In this document: positions 50,889 to 63,879 of the stretch, piece by piece
Layout: the number at the start of each line of letters is the position of its first letter
How positions within the stretch are numbered: the stretch's first letter is position 1
Assembly: GCF_006345805.1 (NCBI RefSeq)
Contig: NC_043008.1
Coordinates: 78,492,001-78,556,000 of the forward strand
Reading direction: 5' to 3'
DNA: 64,000 bases
Source: Octopus sinensis
Lineage: Eukaryota
Position numbers and translations under genes: made by a program
Notes under the pieces: model-generated
Seen by the model: the letters and a program-made list of their open reading frames with translations, nothing else
Told to the model about the DNA's origin: nothing
Database searches by the model: none

Positions 50889-51080
50889 TAGTCCTAAAAA
50901 GGACTGTTATCGCATTCGAGGGTAGCCCTTAAAAGGACGGTTATCGCAATTAGATCCGATCCAAGAATAGTCCTAAAAAGGACTGTTATCGTAATTAGAT
51001 CGGATCTGAGGGTAGTCCTAAAAAGGACTGTTATCGCATTCAGATCAGACTTGAATTAGCCCTGAAAAGGACTGTGGTCG
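50889..51080. repeat. Five hairpin-forming repeats tagtcc-taaaaa-ggactgttatcg within the LTR
   Basis: Starts at 50889, 50923, 50968, 51013 and 51057 (periods 34/45/45/44). Confidence 0.9.
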
Positions 51081-51154
51081 TAATCAGCAAAACTGGACAG
51101 ACGAAAGCAGTAGTTGAAATGACGAGCAGACAAGAGGTGTAAGTTTATACAGCG

Positions 51155-51365
51155 ATTTATTTCAGGCGTGAAATAGCAGTACAAAGGTTCGAGGCGGCGT
51201 GAGTGGCGAGCGTGGCAAGCGAGAGGGACACGATTTACATCAGTCGAGTGACAAAAAGCCAACTGCCTTTACAGCGATTTATGATGTCTATTTATACAAA
51301 AATATCAGCAGTGATGTTTAGCCAGTGTCCAATAGAATGGCAGGTAGGTAGCTTTTGTCCAATGA
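51155..51365 (-). promoter_or_regulatory. LTR promoter and polyadenylation signals
   Basis: Minus-strand TATAAATAG at ~51288-51296, AATAAA at ~51157-51162, and CCAAT motifs at ~51329 and ~51359. Confidence 0.55.
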
Positions 51366-51515
51366 AAGGTCAGGCAAGTCGCTGGGGGTAGTTGCTTTGT
51401 TTTCTCTGGTGATGGCAAATGTATTTCCGGTGTCCGTGCAAGTTACTTCCGATGACTGTACATATATATACACATGTAAACACTGTAAAATATATATATG
51501 TATCTATGTATGTAT

Positions 51516-51618
<103 letters not shown>

Positions 51619-52344
51619 TGTGTATGTATATATAGGGAGAGAGAGGGGACGAGAGAAAGAGAGAGAGAAAGAAATGATGCAAATAAACAGATAAAACTAC
51701 TTAGGTTGGATATGCAGAACACATATACATGCGCACATGAAAATAAAGAAAAGGCAAATACTGAAAGATTTTCAGATGATTAGCATTCAAGTATACATAT
51801 ATATTTATACAACTATCTCAAATTACATATATTTAAAGAGTTAGAGGGAGAAGGTATGGTATTATAGGTCCGACAGCTGTTTCTAGGGGATGGGAGTAAC
51901 TTGATAATGCAAAAATTTGCAACCAGTAATAGAAGTAAAGAAACATTGTTTGTTCCAGGTGGAGAGAAAAGAATCTAACGTATCAGATTATTATGCAGAG
52001 AAATGTAAAGGTAGAATTGATATAGTGGAAGACAAGCAAGCAGTAGTGGCACGAGGATGTAGGTGGCTCGGTGGGAGTGTGATGACTATTGGAGCAAGGA
52101 AAGGAATATGGAGAGGTGAATGAATAGGATATTTAGAGAATTAGTAGTAGAAGTGGAGAGCTGGAAAATAAATAGGAGGGGTAATACAGGTGGTATTTGA
52201 GGGATGTTGTTGGGTTTATGAATAGTTGTCTTAAAATTTTAGGATGATGAGGCTATAGAATTAAAGAAATTGATATAGTGAGTACAGGCAAGGGCAAATA
52301 TTAAGACAGGGAAAGAGTTCAGTTAAATATTATAGTAGGGTTGT

Positions 52345-52982
52345 GAAGGCAGGATTTTTAATTGCAGCAGCAGATCAAAACCTTCCCACCAGAAATTACC
52401 AAAAACATGTAATGAAAAGAAATACAAGTAACTGCAGAGTATGTGGAGATGGACAAGAAACAATAAATCATATTGTTTCTGGCTGCCCCGTCCTGTCTAA
52501 GAAGGAATATATTCACAGACACGGCGGAACTGGGACCTACATACACTGGAAGCTGTGCCAACACTATGGAGTAACAACAGAAAAAGATGGCATAGGCACA
52601 CGCCAGAAAAGTTGACAGAAAATGAGAAAGAACAGATGACAATGTTTCTCTAAAATTAAACGGATGAACTTTCAAAATACAAATATCTGGAAATAGAGAT
52701 AACTCGAATGTGAAGTCTAAAAACAGAAACAGTTCCTATCATAGTAAGCGCATTAGGGTATGATAAAAATATTCAGACAAATACATAACAAAAACACCAG
52801 GACTAACAAGTATATATAACATACAGAAAATAGCATTACTAAGCGCCGCACACATCCTACGTAAAACACTATCAATACAGTAAAAATAAGAGCATCCCAA
52901 CAAACCACAGCACATACCCTCGGTATAAAGAGCTGCGCACGGTAGTGCAATGGAAGCACGTAATAAAAATAAGACTACTGAA
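52345..52982 (+). mobile_element. R4/Dong 3' fragment, same subfamily as 28245
   Basis: GFLIAAADQNLPTRNY...CRVCGDGQETINHIVSGC; 3' UTR ends gactactgaataataa. Confidence 0.9.
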
Positions 52983-53039
52983 TAATAATAACAACAACAA
53001 CAATAGCAACAATAATAATAAGAACAACGACCACAACAA

Positions 53040-55110
53040 CAACTTTATGGAACAGAACGATATTTTTCTCATTGAACTAAAAGGATGCTGACGAGGTTCA
53101 TATGGATGCAAAGATCAAGTCTTAATCAATCGCATGAGAACTGTCATAACAAAAGCAGAAATCCCAGTTCCGCATGGATTGGTTATAAAAAGGCCTTTGA
53201 TAGCATACCGCGTTCATGGATCTTGAAATCGCTAGATATCTTCAAAATCTTTCCCATGATTTCAAACTTCCTGAAGAACAAAATGTCAATTTGGAATACG
53301 AATCTCCATTTAAATCATTCTAATGGAGTACTAACCGCAAACAATATTAATACCACCTACGGCATTTTAGAATGTGACTCACTGCAACTTCACATTCTTT
53401 GCATAGCCCTAATATCCCTTACAAGCGAACTTAACAGAACAGAGTATGGGTATAAAATCGACAAGAAAATAAGCCATCAATTTTACATGGATGACTTAAA
53501 ACTTTATGGTAAAGACCATAATGCGCTTGAACATCTATTGGGAACTGTGAAAGCATTCAGTGATGACATCATGATGGAATTTGGTCTTGATAAATGTGCC
53601 CGGGCCACTTCCCAGAAAGGGAAATTGAAGACCTCACATTCAGTGGTGTTACATATTGACATAGTTATAAAACAACTTGAGCAGGAACAATATTACAAAT
53701 ACCTCGGAATAAATGACTGCTCTGGCATTCAGCATGCAAGTATGAAAGCGTGGATCAGGAAGGAGTGTTAAGGAGAGTTCGAGCAGTCCTAAATTCCGAA
53801 TTAAATGCATTCAACAAGGTCTTAGCCATAAATTCCTTAGCAGTTCCAGTTGTTATTTATAGTTATAATGTGTTGAACTGGAATAAGAGCGAAATAAGGA
53901 AGACTGTCAGGAAGGTCCGTAAGCTGCTGACTTGCAATAAGATGCAACACTCAAAGGCAGACGCAGATTGTCTTTATCTTCCCAGAGTGGAACGAAGTTT
54001 GATACAATCTGAAATCTCTTACAAAACCATCACAATTAGACTGGCCAAATATCTTGAAACATCTAACGACAAAGAAGGTTAAATCAATGGCAAAGCAAAA
54101 GCGTTTGAACAATTGGCTGATAGTTGGAACAAAACTTTCTGCATGACAAATATATGGCCCGTAGAAAACAAGCTGATGTAGAGCAAAAGCACAACCATCA
54201 TTGGCAACGGTGTTCATGGCTAAAGACAGAGAGCAAAGCTTTTATCTTAGCTGATCAAGATCATTTTTTCATTCTGGGTCAATACCCAGAATTACGAAGC
54301 CAACGTGACAAAAAATGGAGTAGACACAAAGTGCCGATACTACAACGATAAGATTGAAATAGTTGACCACTAATCTCTGAGTGTAAGGATTTAACACTAG
54401 TAAAATATAAATCTATTCATGGCTGACTTGATCAATATCTGTACTGGATAATGTGTCGGCATTATAAAATCAAAACTGCTGACAAATGACACAAGCACCA
54501 CCCTGAGGTTGTAAAAGGGAGAAAATGTAACGATCCTTTGGGACTTACGAGTACATACAGACCGGACCAAAGCTAATAAGCCAGATATTGCTGTGAATGA
54601 CCAAAGCAATAAAATCTGTTTATTGATTGACATAGGCATACCTAGTGATGATATCTCAGCAAAAGAATTTGATAAGCTCAGAAAATATAAAGATTTTCTG
54701 ATTGAAATCGAAAAAAAGGTGGCATCTCAAGACGGTTACAATACCAGTGATTGTAGGAGCACATGGAATGATAAAAAAAGGAACTGAAAATTATTTGAGA
54801 ATGATCCCTGATTTACCATCCATGTTGGAAGTGCAGAACATTGTCTTAACGGGTACATCACACGTACTAAGACGAGCATTGTCACTGAATTTTCTTTCCT
54901 TTTTCCCTCATTTTCTTTGTTTTCTATTTTCCATTTTTCGCTTCTTTCCGCTGTCTTCCTTCCCTTCTTTTCCATCAAATGATTCTGTAAATGAACAACC
55001 TGGTGTATTTATTTTAATGGCCTACCAATGACCAATGTATTCAGTCAGTTTTTGCCCTAGGCGTTGGGAAGACACTCGGCAAGTAATGAAAACAGGACTG
55101 AAAGAAGGTG
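53040..55110 (+). mobile_element. R4/Dong LINE RT-to-3' end, decayed
   Basis: WIGYKKAFDSIP, HQFYMDDLKLY, FGLDKC, LLIDIGIP...KYKD; (AAT)n tail. Confidence 0.9.
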
Positions 55111-55133
55111 ATAATAATAAAAATAATAATAAC

Positions 55134-55182
<49 letters not shown>

Positions 55183-55249
55183 GCGATAATTTTGGCACAA
55201 TGCCAGCAATTTTCGGGGTTGGTCTTAATTGTAATCAAGGGGGCTACAA

Positions 55250-56495
55250 TTGTGAATTACAAAAGGCTTTGGCATCCAGTGGATTTAAGGACCGCATCTC
55301 CTATATGCCGAGTTTTAACACCCATAAAAGTAAGACCGTAAAGTTGCTTGGTTTCCCCACTTTTTTCACTCAATGTCATGACTAGCATGGGATTTTCCTT
55401 AGATTTTTCCTTCACACAGTCACTTAGATATGAGCGTCGGTTTAAGGATTACTTTCAGTTCCACGCCAAGCATTAAAATATATTAGTGCACACCCCTAAA
55501 CAGTGCCCAGAGGCAGGATTCTCATGCAGGGTCAACAATGAGTACCCAGTGAGGGGGTCGATGCAACTCCGAATTTGTAGTGCGTGAGGCTGAAGTGGTG
55601 ACTGCTACTGGCGACAACAGCAGCACCGGCAGCAACAACACACCCACCGATAACAACAATGACAGCAATGGCAGCGGTGGCCACGGTGGCTGCAGAGGCG
55701 GCCACGACGGTGGTGGTAGATACACCAGCAGCGTGTCAAACAGCAGCGGCTGCTAGGATAGCAATAGCAATAGCTACAACAACACCAGCCATGCGTTGGC
55801 AGTAACAGCAACAGCGGCCTTGTTGGTAGTAACGACGGAACCAGCATCGCGTCCAGCGATAACAACAAAAACTGAAGCGGTACCAGCAGCAGTAGCACCA
55901 GCAACGGATCCGGTAGTGACAACAGCATGGGCAGAGATAATGATAGTAACAACAACAGCTATAACGCCACCAGCACAAGAATACAGACACGGAAATATGT
56001 CGAATCGACAAGTGGCCGTTCAAACATCGTCTTAGCAATCACAGGTCTTCCGTTAGCATACCAGAGAAGCGCAACGTATGACGTTTAAAAGAGGATACAT
56101 CATACATAATTAAATGGAGGTTCCTAGAACAGCCGGGGCCGTAACTTGACAGAGGAAAACAATGTAAGGTTTGCTTGGCTGCAAGAGCTGCAATCCTGAA
56201 AAACTCACTTGTTTTTAAACTCCAGGAAAGAGCTGTTTAGTCAGTATCTTCATGAGAGAAAATTCGTGTTGAAAACGTGCAGCAATTTTCTACCATCTTC
56301 GTTAGGCCTGTCAGGACGCAACTGAAACCGGTCTAATGAGGATAACTCCACCTCACCCAAGGTTCACTAGTATTTTTCCTCCAATTATAGAGAGGTCATG
56401 TGCCTTCGGCCAATTGAGTCTCACTAGTAACCTATACAGCCAAGCACTTTACAGATGCGAAACCAATGGTCAATTTTTGATCGGACATAGCAAAC
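55250..56495 (+). mobile_element. Penelope-like element 3' half (RT C-terminus, GIY-YIG endonuclease, pseudo-LTR) with a low-complexity insert
   Basis: QKALASSGF, KVAWFP..SLNVMT, SCR...P..G.C...VV.EAEV, then FKHRLSNHRSS, IKWRFLE, CKVCLA...IL, LNSRKELFSQYLH; hammerhead-like GAAACCGGTC and GAAACCAATGGTC downstream. Confidence 0.7.
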
Positions 56496-56496
56496 A

Positions 56497-56585
<89 letters not shown>

Positions 56586-56857
56586 AAAGTCCTCCTGAAT
56601 CATAGTGTTTGCAGAATAAGTATATACTGGTTTCAAAATTTGGCACAAAGATGAAAGACAAAGAACAATATTATACATATAATAAATTGATAATAGTTGT
56701 ATACATATAAAGAACATGTATAGTATCTTCTAAATTGTGATTCCTCAGACAAAGAATTTAAGAAAAACAAAACAGGAGAATTTACAATTAATATTTTATA
56801 AAATTTATAAGGATTATAAAGAGATAGTGAGAGAGAACGGATATGGAAGAAAAGATT

Positions 56858-56894
<37 letters not shown>

Positions 56895-57911
56895 CTGTTT
56901 TTTTTTTGTTTTGTTTTGTTTATTTGCCCGAATTTGGTGCGTATTTATTGCGATAATTTTAAGGTAACTTAGAGACATTCGTCTTCTTAAAACATGTGAC
57001 AAAGCCAGTGTACTCGCTTGCCCTGAATATAAATTTATATATATATATGTACCAGTTTATGCAAAAATTCGAAATGAAAATTTACGTAATATTTGCAATT
57101 TTGAGCATTAGAGTGGCACTTCATGAGACTTGCATCCCAGGTTCGCTCTTTCATTGTGTGTCGTCGGGACGTTGTCGATTGCTTATATCGGAAGTAAACA
57201 AAAAGTAAATAAAAGTATGGTTAGGTGATAAATAATTAGTATAGAGAACAACCGAGTAGAAAATGATGAAGAGGCGAAGTAGACGATGTATATGTGTATA
57301 TATGAATGTATATAAAAATAATTTTTCACCCAGCAATGGAATTTGATACTGGCGACTATGTATTTACTGACCTTTCTTAAAATTGCCCCCTGTCTTTCGT
57401 CCAGATATACTGATTAGCAATTCTCTTGTTTATTCCTTCTTCTTTCTTTCTTCTTCTCACTCTCATATTTCTCATCACCATGTCATTTTCCTTCTTTCTC
57501 CGCTTTTTTCTTCTCCTTCATCTTCGTCTACTTCTTCTTCCTCCGCTTCCTCTTCTCCTTCTTCTTCGTCTACTACCTCTTCTTCATCCTTTTCTTTTTA
57601 TCACATGTTCTTCTTTCTCAAACGGCCATTACTTTCTCTCACTCTCTCAGTCGTGGCTATTACTCTCTCCGCCTCCTCTTCACTGTATTACTTTTCTCTC
57701 CTCTCCCTTAGAAGGCTATTTTGTAAACAAGAGATTTGTTTTTTATTTTCATTTTTATTTTATTTTCGTTTGATTTTACTAAGTTTAAATAATGACATTT
57801 ATTATTAATTTTTGTAGTTTTGAATATCTGGCGTTCTTGTTATTTTTTATTTATTTCTTCACGTCTGGACTACGAAAGGTCCTTGCATATTTTTGTTGGT
57901 CGAAATCATTC

Positions 57912-58018
57912 ATACCAGTATGTAATTCCTGATGAGGAATCTAATTTGTATTTCATGAAGAGTTTTTCGTCTTTATCTTTGGAATTAATTAGACTCCGAA
58001 ACAATTTGTAGAAGGTAT
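57912..58018 (+). ncRNA. Type-I hammerhead ribozyme with long stem II
   Basis: atacc...ttc-CTGATGA-ggaatctaatt[40 nt]aattagactcc-GAAA-caa(t)ttg-TA-gaa-ggtat; intact core, GUA site. Confidence 0.75.
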
Positions 58019-58169
58019 ATTGGTTCTGTACCAACTTGGATTATGAATTGAATTAAAGTTCGTCTACACTTACATTTTTTCCCTTCCTTATATTTCATTT
58101 GTGTGTGTGTGTGTGAAATTATATTTCATCCTTTACTCTGGAGGGTTCCAAAGAGCGATTTCTAACAAA

Positions 58170-58936
58170 GAGCAAATCGACCCCGGGACTTATCTTTTTG
58201 TAAGCCCAGTACTTATTCTTTTGCCGAACCGCTAAGTGACGGGGACGTAAACATACCAGCATCGGTTGTCAAGCAATGTTAGGGGGACCAACACACACAC
58301 ATACACATATACATATATGCGACAGGCTTCTTTCAGTTTCCGTCTACCAAATCCACTCACAAGGCATTGGTCGGCCCGGAGCTATAACAGAAGACACTTG
58401 CCCAAGATGCCACGCAGTGGGACTGAACCCGGAACCATATGGTTGGTTAGCAAGCTACTTACCACACAGCCACAAGGAGCTTCTACAGAACTAGAACTGT
58501 TTCATTCAGATGAAATCTTCAGGAAGCTGGCTCTTTTCTCTTTTTTACTCTTTTTACTTGTTTCAGTCATTTGACTGCGGCCATGCTGGAGCACCGCCTT
58601 TAGTCGAGTAAATCGACCCCGGGACTTATTCTTTGTAAGCCCAGTACTTATTCTATCGGTCTCTTTTGCCGAACCGCTAGCAATGCTAGGGGAACAAACC
58701 CTATCAATGCTAGGGGAACAAACACAGACACACAAACATATTCACACACACTTATATATATATACATATATACGACAGGCTTCTTTCAGTTTCCGTCTAC
58801 CAAATCCACTCACAAGGCATTGGTCGGCCCGGGGCTATAGCAGAAGACACGTGCCCAAGATGCCACGCAGTGGGACTGAACCCGGAACAATGTGGTTGGT
58901 TAGCAAGCTACTTACCAAACAGCCACTCCTGCGCCT
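58170..58936 (-). mobile_element. Two adjacent family A SINE copies (58170-58473, 58535-58936)
   Basis: Reverse complements of 1169-1597 with internal deletions. Confidence 0.85.
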
Positions 58937-59172
58937 ATGGCTGTCAATATAAGTTCTGGTATTTATGCATTTAGGCAGATTTAATGGAGTGGTGGTGGCA
59001 GGGGGGACGTTTTTGGGGTAGGTTGGTATTTAGGAGATAAACAGGGCACAAGCTATTGTTCTTGGGGGAGTGGTCAAAAGGCCAGAGTGTTTTTTGAAAT
59101 AAGAAGAATCAATGAGAAAATAAATAAATGAATAAATAGAATAAAAGAATAGAAACCCCAAGAATAGTATTT

Positions 59173-59426
59173 CAACAGATATATGGGATGGGATTTTAGG
59201 TAAATTAGAAGACAATTGCTTTTTGGTGGTCAAGAAGAGGTAGGCAATTTGTTATTGTTAGGTGGAGGGAATAAATAGATAAATATACATGAAAAACATA
59301 AAAAATATAAAATAAATATACATACAAACACACATACATACACATGCGAATATACATATGCATACATACACACGCACATATATATACATACATACACATA
59401 CATACATATATATATATATACATACT

Positions 59427-59491
<65 letters not shown>

Positions 59492-59687
59492 ATTATGATA
59501 TGTAGAAAAATACAACTGAGACAAGAACGCATAAGAACTTAGAAGACAATACAACAACCAGACAGGACATTCGAAGCCCTCAGTCTTCAGTCAAGAACCG
59601 GATCATCGTAGTAATTTCGGCTGATTAATCTTGACTTGAGATTACTAGAACCGGCCACATACATACACCTACATACACACACAGACG

Positions 59688-59739
<52 letters not shown>

Positions 59740-61271
59740 CGCACATCACACAATGTTTGTATGTGTGTGTATGTATTTATGTATGTATGTGTGTACATGT
59801 GTATATATTTATATGTATGTATATGTTTATGTATGTATATATATATGCATATATGTGTATTTATGTGTGTATATATGTATGTATATGTGTATATGTGTAT
59901 ATATATATATATATGCATGTATGTATTTATGTATATATATATGTGTGTATATATATATATATGTGTGTGTATGCGTATGTATGTGTATATGCATGTATAT
60001 CTTTATGTATGCGTATGTGTATTTATATACGAGGGGCGTTCAATAAGTAATGCCTCTGACCCACTTGCAGTTGTTTGATCTAGTTTGAAAGTTTGCATGT
60101 GCAATTATTTATATCTCTATAGATTACGTGGCAAATTACAGCTCTGAACTAATTGTGGTTTCTGATTTACAGGTGTTTGAACTGAGTCAAGTGTGAAATG
60201 GAGCCTGTTGAGTGTCGAGCAGTGATCCGGTTTTTGTATTTGAAAGGATGCACACCACGGGAGACTTTTCATGAAATGAAAGTAACTTATGGTGATGATG
60301 CCCCATCATATGACCTTGTAAAACGCTGGCATCGTGAATTCAAACATGGTCGGAACTCTGCGGAAACAGCTCCCAGATCTGGTCGTCCCCCTTCTGCCAT
60401 TGATGAGGCATCTGTCCGTCAAGTTGAGGCTGCCATTTTGGAAGATCGATGCATAACTATTCGCCAAATAGCTCATGGGGTCAAGATTAGTACCGGGTCT
60501 GTGGAAACTATCATTCATGACCATTTGCATATGCAAAAGGTGTCTGCCAGATGGATTCCCAGGTTGCTCACACCTTTCCAGAAGCAAGAACGCGTCGAGT
60601 GCTCGAGGATGAATTTGGAGATGTGCCAAGAAGATGAGTCAAAATTTTTCAAAAGACTGATTACACAGGATGAAACCTGGGTCTATCACTATGATCCAGA
60701 GACCAAAGCCCAGTCAATGCAGTGAAAGCACCGTGACTCACCTCCTCCAAAGAAGGCAAGGGTGCAGCCCTCCGCTGGCAAGGTCATGCTCACAGTCTTC
60801 TGGGACCAGGACGGAGTAGTGATGACAGATTTCCTGGCAAAGTGTACCATAATTACAGGAGCCTATTATGCTTCACTTTTGAGGAAATTAAGAGAAGCTA
60901 TCAAAATCAAGAGGCGGGGCAAGATCAGCAAAGGCATCCTCCTCTTGCAGGACAACGCTCCGGTCCACAACTTGCGTGTCGCCAGATCAGAAGCACAGGC
61001 GTGCGGCTATGAACTCCTCCCCCACCCCCCTACTCTCCTGACCTTGCAACCTCTGATTTTCACCTCTTCCCAGCCATGAAGTTGTTTATAAAGGAAAGTG
61101 TTTCCCAGATGATGCAGCCTTGGTTTCTGAAGTCACGTCGTTTTTATGTGTGTTTGTGTGTAAATATGTATATTTATATAGGTGTTTATATATGCATAAT
61201 TATGTATATGTTTATATGTACATATATTTTGTATGATGTTGTGTCTGTATGTATACTTATGTGTATTTGTA

Positions 61272-61310
<39 letters not shown>

Positions 61311-61347
61311 GCGCGTGTGTGTGTATGTAGGTGTATGTATGTACATG

Positions 61348-61436
<89 letters not shown>

Positions 61437-61680
61437 ATATATATATGTATGTATGTGTATGTATGTATATATATGTGCGTGTGTATGTATGCATATGTAT
61501 ATTCGCATGTGTATGTATGTGTGTTTGTATGTATATTTATTTTATATTTTTTATGTTTTTTCATGTATATTTATCTATTTATTCCCTCCACCTAACAATA
61601 ACAAACTGCCTACCTCTTCTTGACCACCAAAAAGCAATTGTCTTCTAATTTACCTAAAATCCCATCACATATATCTGTTG
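59173..61680. repeat. Inverted duplication (arms ~59173-59735 and ~61275-61680) bracketing the second mariner
   Basis: caacagatatatg.gatgggattttagg... and the adjoining microsatellite pattern recur as reverse complement. Confidence 0.88.
60030..61141 (+). mobile_element. Mariner copy 2, 3'-truncated
   Basis: TA plus left TIR; highly similar to 26233-27522; ends at aagtcacgtcgt; motifs TQDETW and LQDNA. Confidence 0.95.
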
Positions 61681-62263
61681 TAAAGGTGATCAAGATGAAG
61701 ATAGCAGGAAAATATCTTATTTAGGGTTAAAAGTTCTATTGCCACCACCATTACCACTAGCAACAATAATTAAGGTGCTGACAATGATGATGATGACAAT
61801 TGAAATATAAAAATATAAAAATCTCTGACAAAGGATATTTACAACATTTCTAAAAATAACCCAACAATTGCTGCTTCGGCCAGGGTCAAGATACAGGATG
61901 CCTAAACCAATGCCTAAACCAATCAGCTCAACCAACCAATCAGCTTAAGTAATTGAGTGATACTACACACTGATTGGTCAGAATACAGTTTGCAAAACCT
62001 AGCACTCTGGAGCCTACCCAGCTGTATTAATAGCACAGAATCAATCATCTTGCTAGTCAAAATTGTGAAGCTGACTGTCAACACTACTACATGAACCCGA
62101 AGATTGCAGAATTCAATGCATGAAAGTACTAGTTCAATCAGAATGAACATTTAACATTCTACTATTTCATTTTATTTTATTCAATTATAATATATTATCT
62201 TATAATATATCATTATACGATTGTAAATAAAACGTGAAAATCAGACAAGGTTGGATTCCTTTT

Positions 62264-62533
<270 letters not shown>

Positions 62534-62544
62534 CATACATACAT

Positions 62545-62850
62545 GTGGAGGCGCAATGGCCCAATGGTTAGGGCAGCGGACTCGCGATCGCAAGATCGCG
62601 GTTTCGATTCCCAGACCGGGCGTTGTGAATGTTTATTGACCGAAAACACCTAAAGCTCCACGACGCTCCGATGGGGGCGGGGGGAGCATCCCTGCTGCAC
62701 TCTTTCGCCGCAACTTTCTCTCACTCTTTCTTCTGTTGGCCTGCTCGCTTAGCCAGCGGGGTAGCGTCATTTGAAGGCTGAAACAATGCAAAGCGCATTG
62801 TGACCAGTGATGTGTAACAACATCTGATAGCCTGATCGGTCATGTGACAT
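62545..62850 (+). mobile_element. tRNA-derived SINE, family C
   Basis: A-box-like tggcccaatgg, B-box-like gtttcgattcc; head shared with 20523-20826. Confidence 0.85.
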
Positions 62851-63112
62851 ACATATATATGTGTGTGTATATCTGTGTATATATATTTGTGTGTGTATAT
62901 ATATATATTATTTTTCTCTGTGTTTTTTTAATTGACTCTGTGTGTGTGTGGTGTGTGTGTAAGAAAGGTTTTGGTATTCAGAAGATCCAAAAGGTAGGAA
63001 AGGCTATGTAAGTGCTCCGGAAATACCGCAGTTACACGCCTGGTTCAAAATAGTATGAGTAAGGAGTCTAAGTGTAGTATGTATATGTTAAATAAAATGG
63101 GACGACAAAGCC

Positions 63113-63513
63113 AAGGCAGTGTGAAATTTCAAGGACGTGTATAAATAGAAAGGTAGTCTTACAGTTTTTTTTTCAGAGATATGAGGGATATTCCTTCATC
63201 AGTGACGATATGAGAGGGTTAAATAGAGGGAAATAGTATAGTTCAGTATAAGAAGTTATTTTGGAAAGGGGAAGATATAGGAAGTATCAATGGAAATAAA
63301 AGGATAAAAATAAAAATATAAATATCCTCTTATTTCTATTTATTTTTCCTATATCTCTCCCTTTCCAAAATAACTTCTTATATTGAAATCTATTATTTCC
63401 CTTTATTTAACTCTCTCATGTCATCTCTGGAGAAGGAACATCCCTTATATCCCTGGAACAGCTGTAAGACTACCTTTCTATTTATAAATGTCCTAGAAAT
63501 TTCACACCGCCTT
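63113..63513. mobile_element. Diverged inverted pair of Penelope pseudo-LTRs, each with a decayed hammerhead
   Basis: Arms 63113-63306 and 63323-63513. Minus: gtca-CTGATGA...GAAA(A)nCTG-TA-agac. Plus: CTGGAGA...GGAA-CAGCTG-TA-agac. Confidence 0.75.
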
Positions 63514-63801
63514 CTCTTTCTCCTCTCATTTTATGTACTGTATCATACAAGAAATGGTAATTTCTCCTGCAAATTGTTTATAAACAGCTTCAAGACAAAC
63601 GCGTCATAAACAAACTTATTAAGGATGACATATAGAAATAATCATGACAAAGATGACAAAATCGCGTTCTTAAAAGTCAGAGGTAATTCACATTTTCACA
63701 CATACAACAGTCAAAAACATAACCGTTGCTTTACTTTTCTCTACATACAAACAATTTCATGTTCATAAATTGGGATTATATATATATTTGTGTGTATGTA
63801 T

Positions 63802-63879
<78 letters not shown>

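Larger units (their letters stand above)
47579..51462 (-). mobile_element. Ty3/gypsy LTR retrotransposon with two internal deletions
   Basis: TGT...ACA termini within (TA)n; PR-RT-RH-IN order; 47610-47727 repeats 50873-50989. Confidence 0.9.

Noticed and set aside
50889-51080. CRISPR-like array of palindromic repeats with spacers
   Set aside because: Spacers are short, uneven and related to each other. The array lies in a gypsy LTR in eukaryotic DNA, and there are no cas genes.
60198-61079. Domesticated SETMAR-like gene
   Set aside because: There is no SET domain, a TIR is present, and the ORF has a stop codon and frameshifts.
62545-62620. tRNA genes at SINE heads (also 1169, 20750 and 37950)
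   Set aside because: There is no complete cloverleaf or acceptor stem, and the heads run into SINE bodies.
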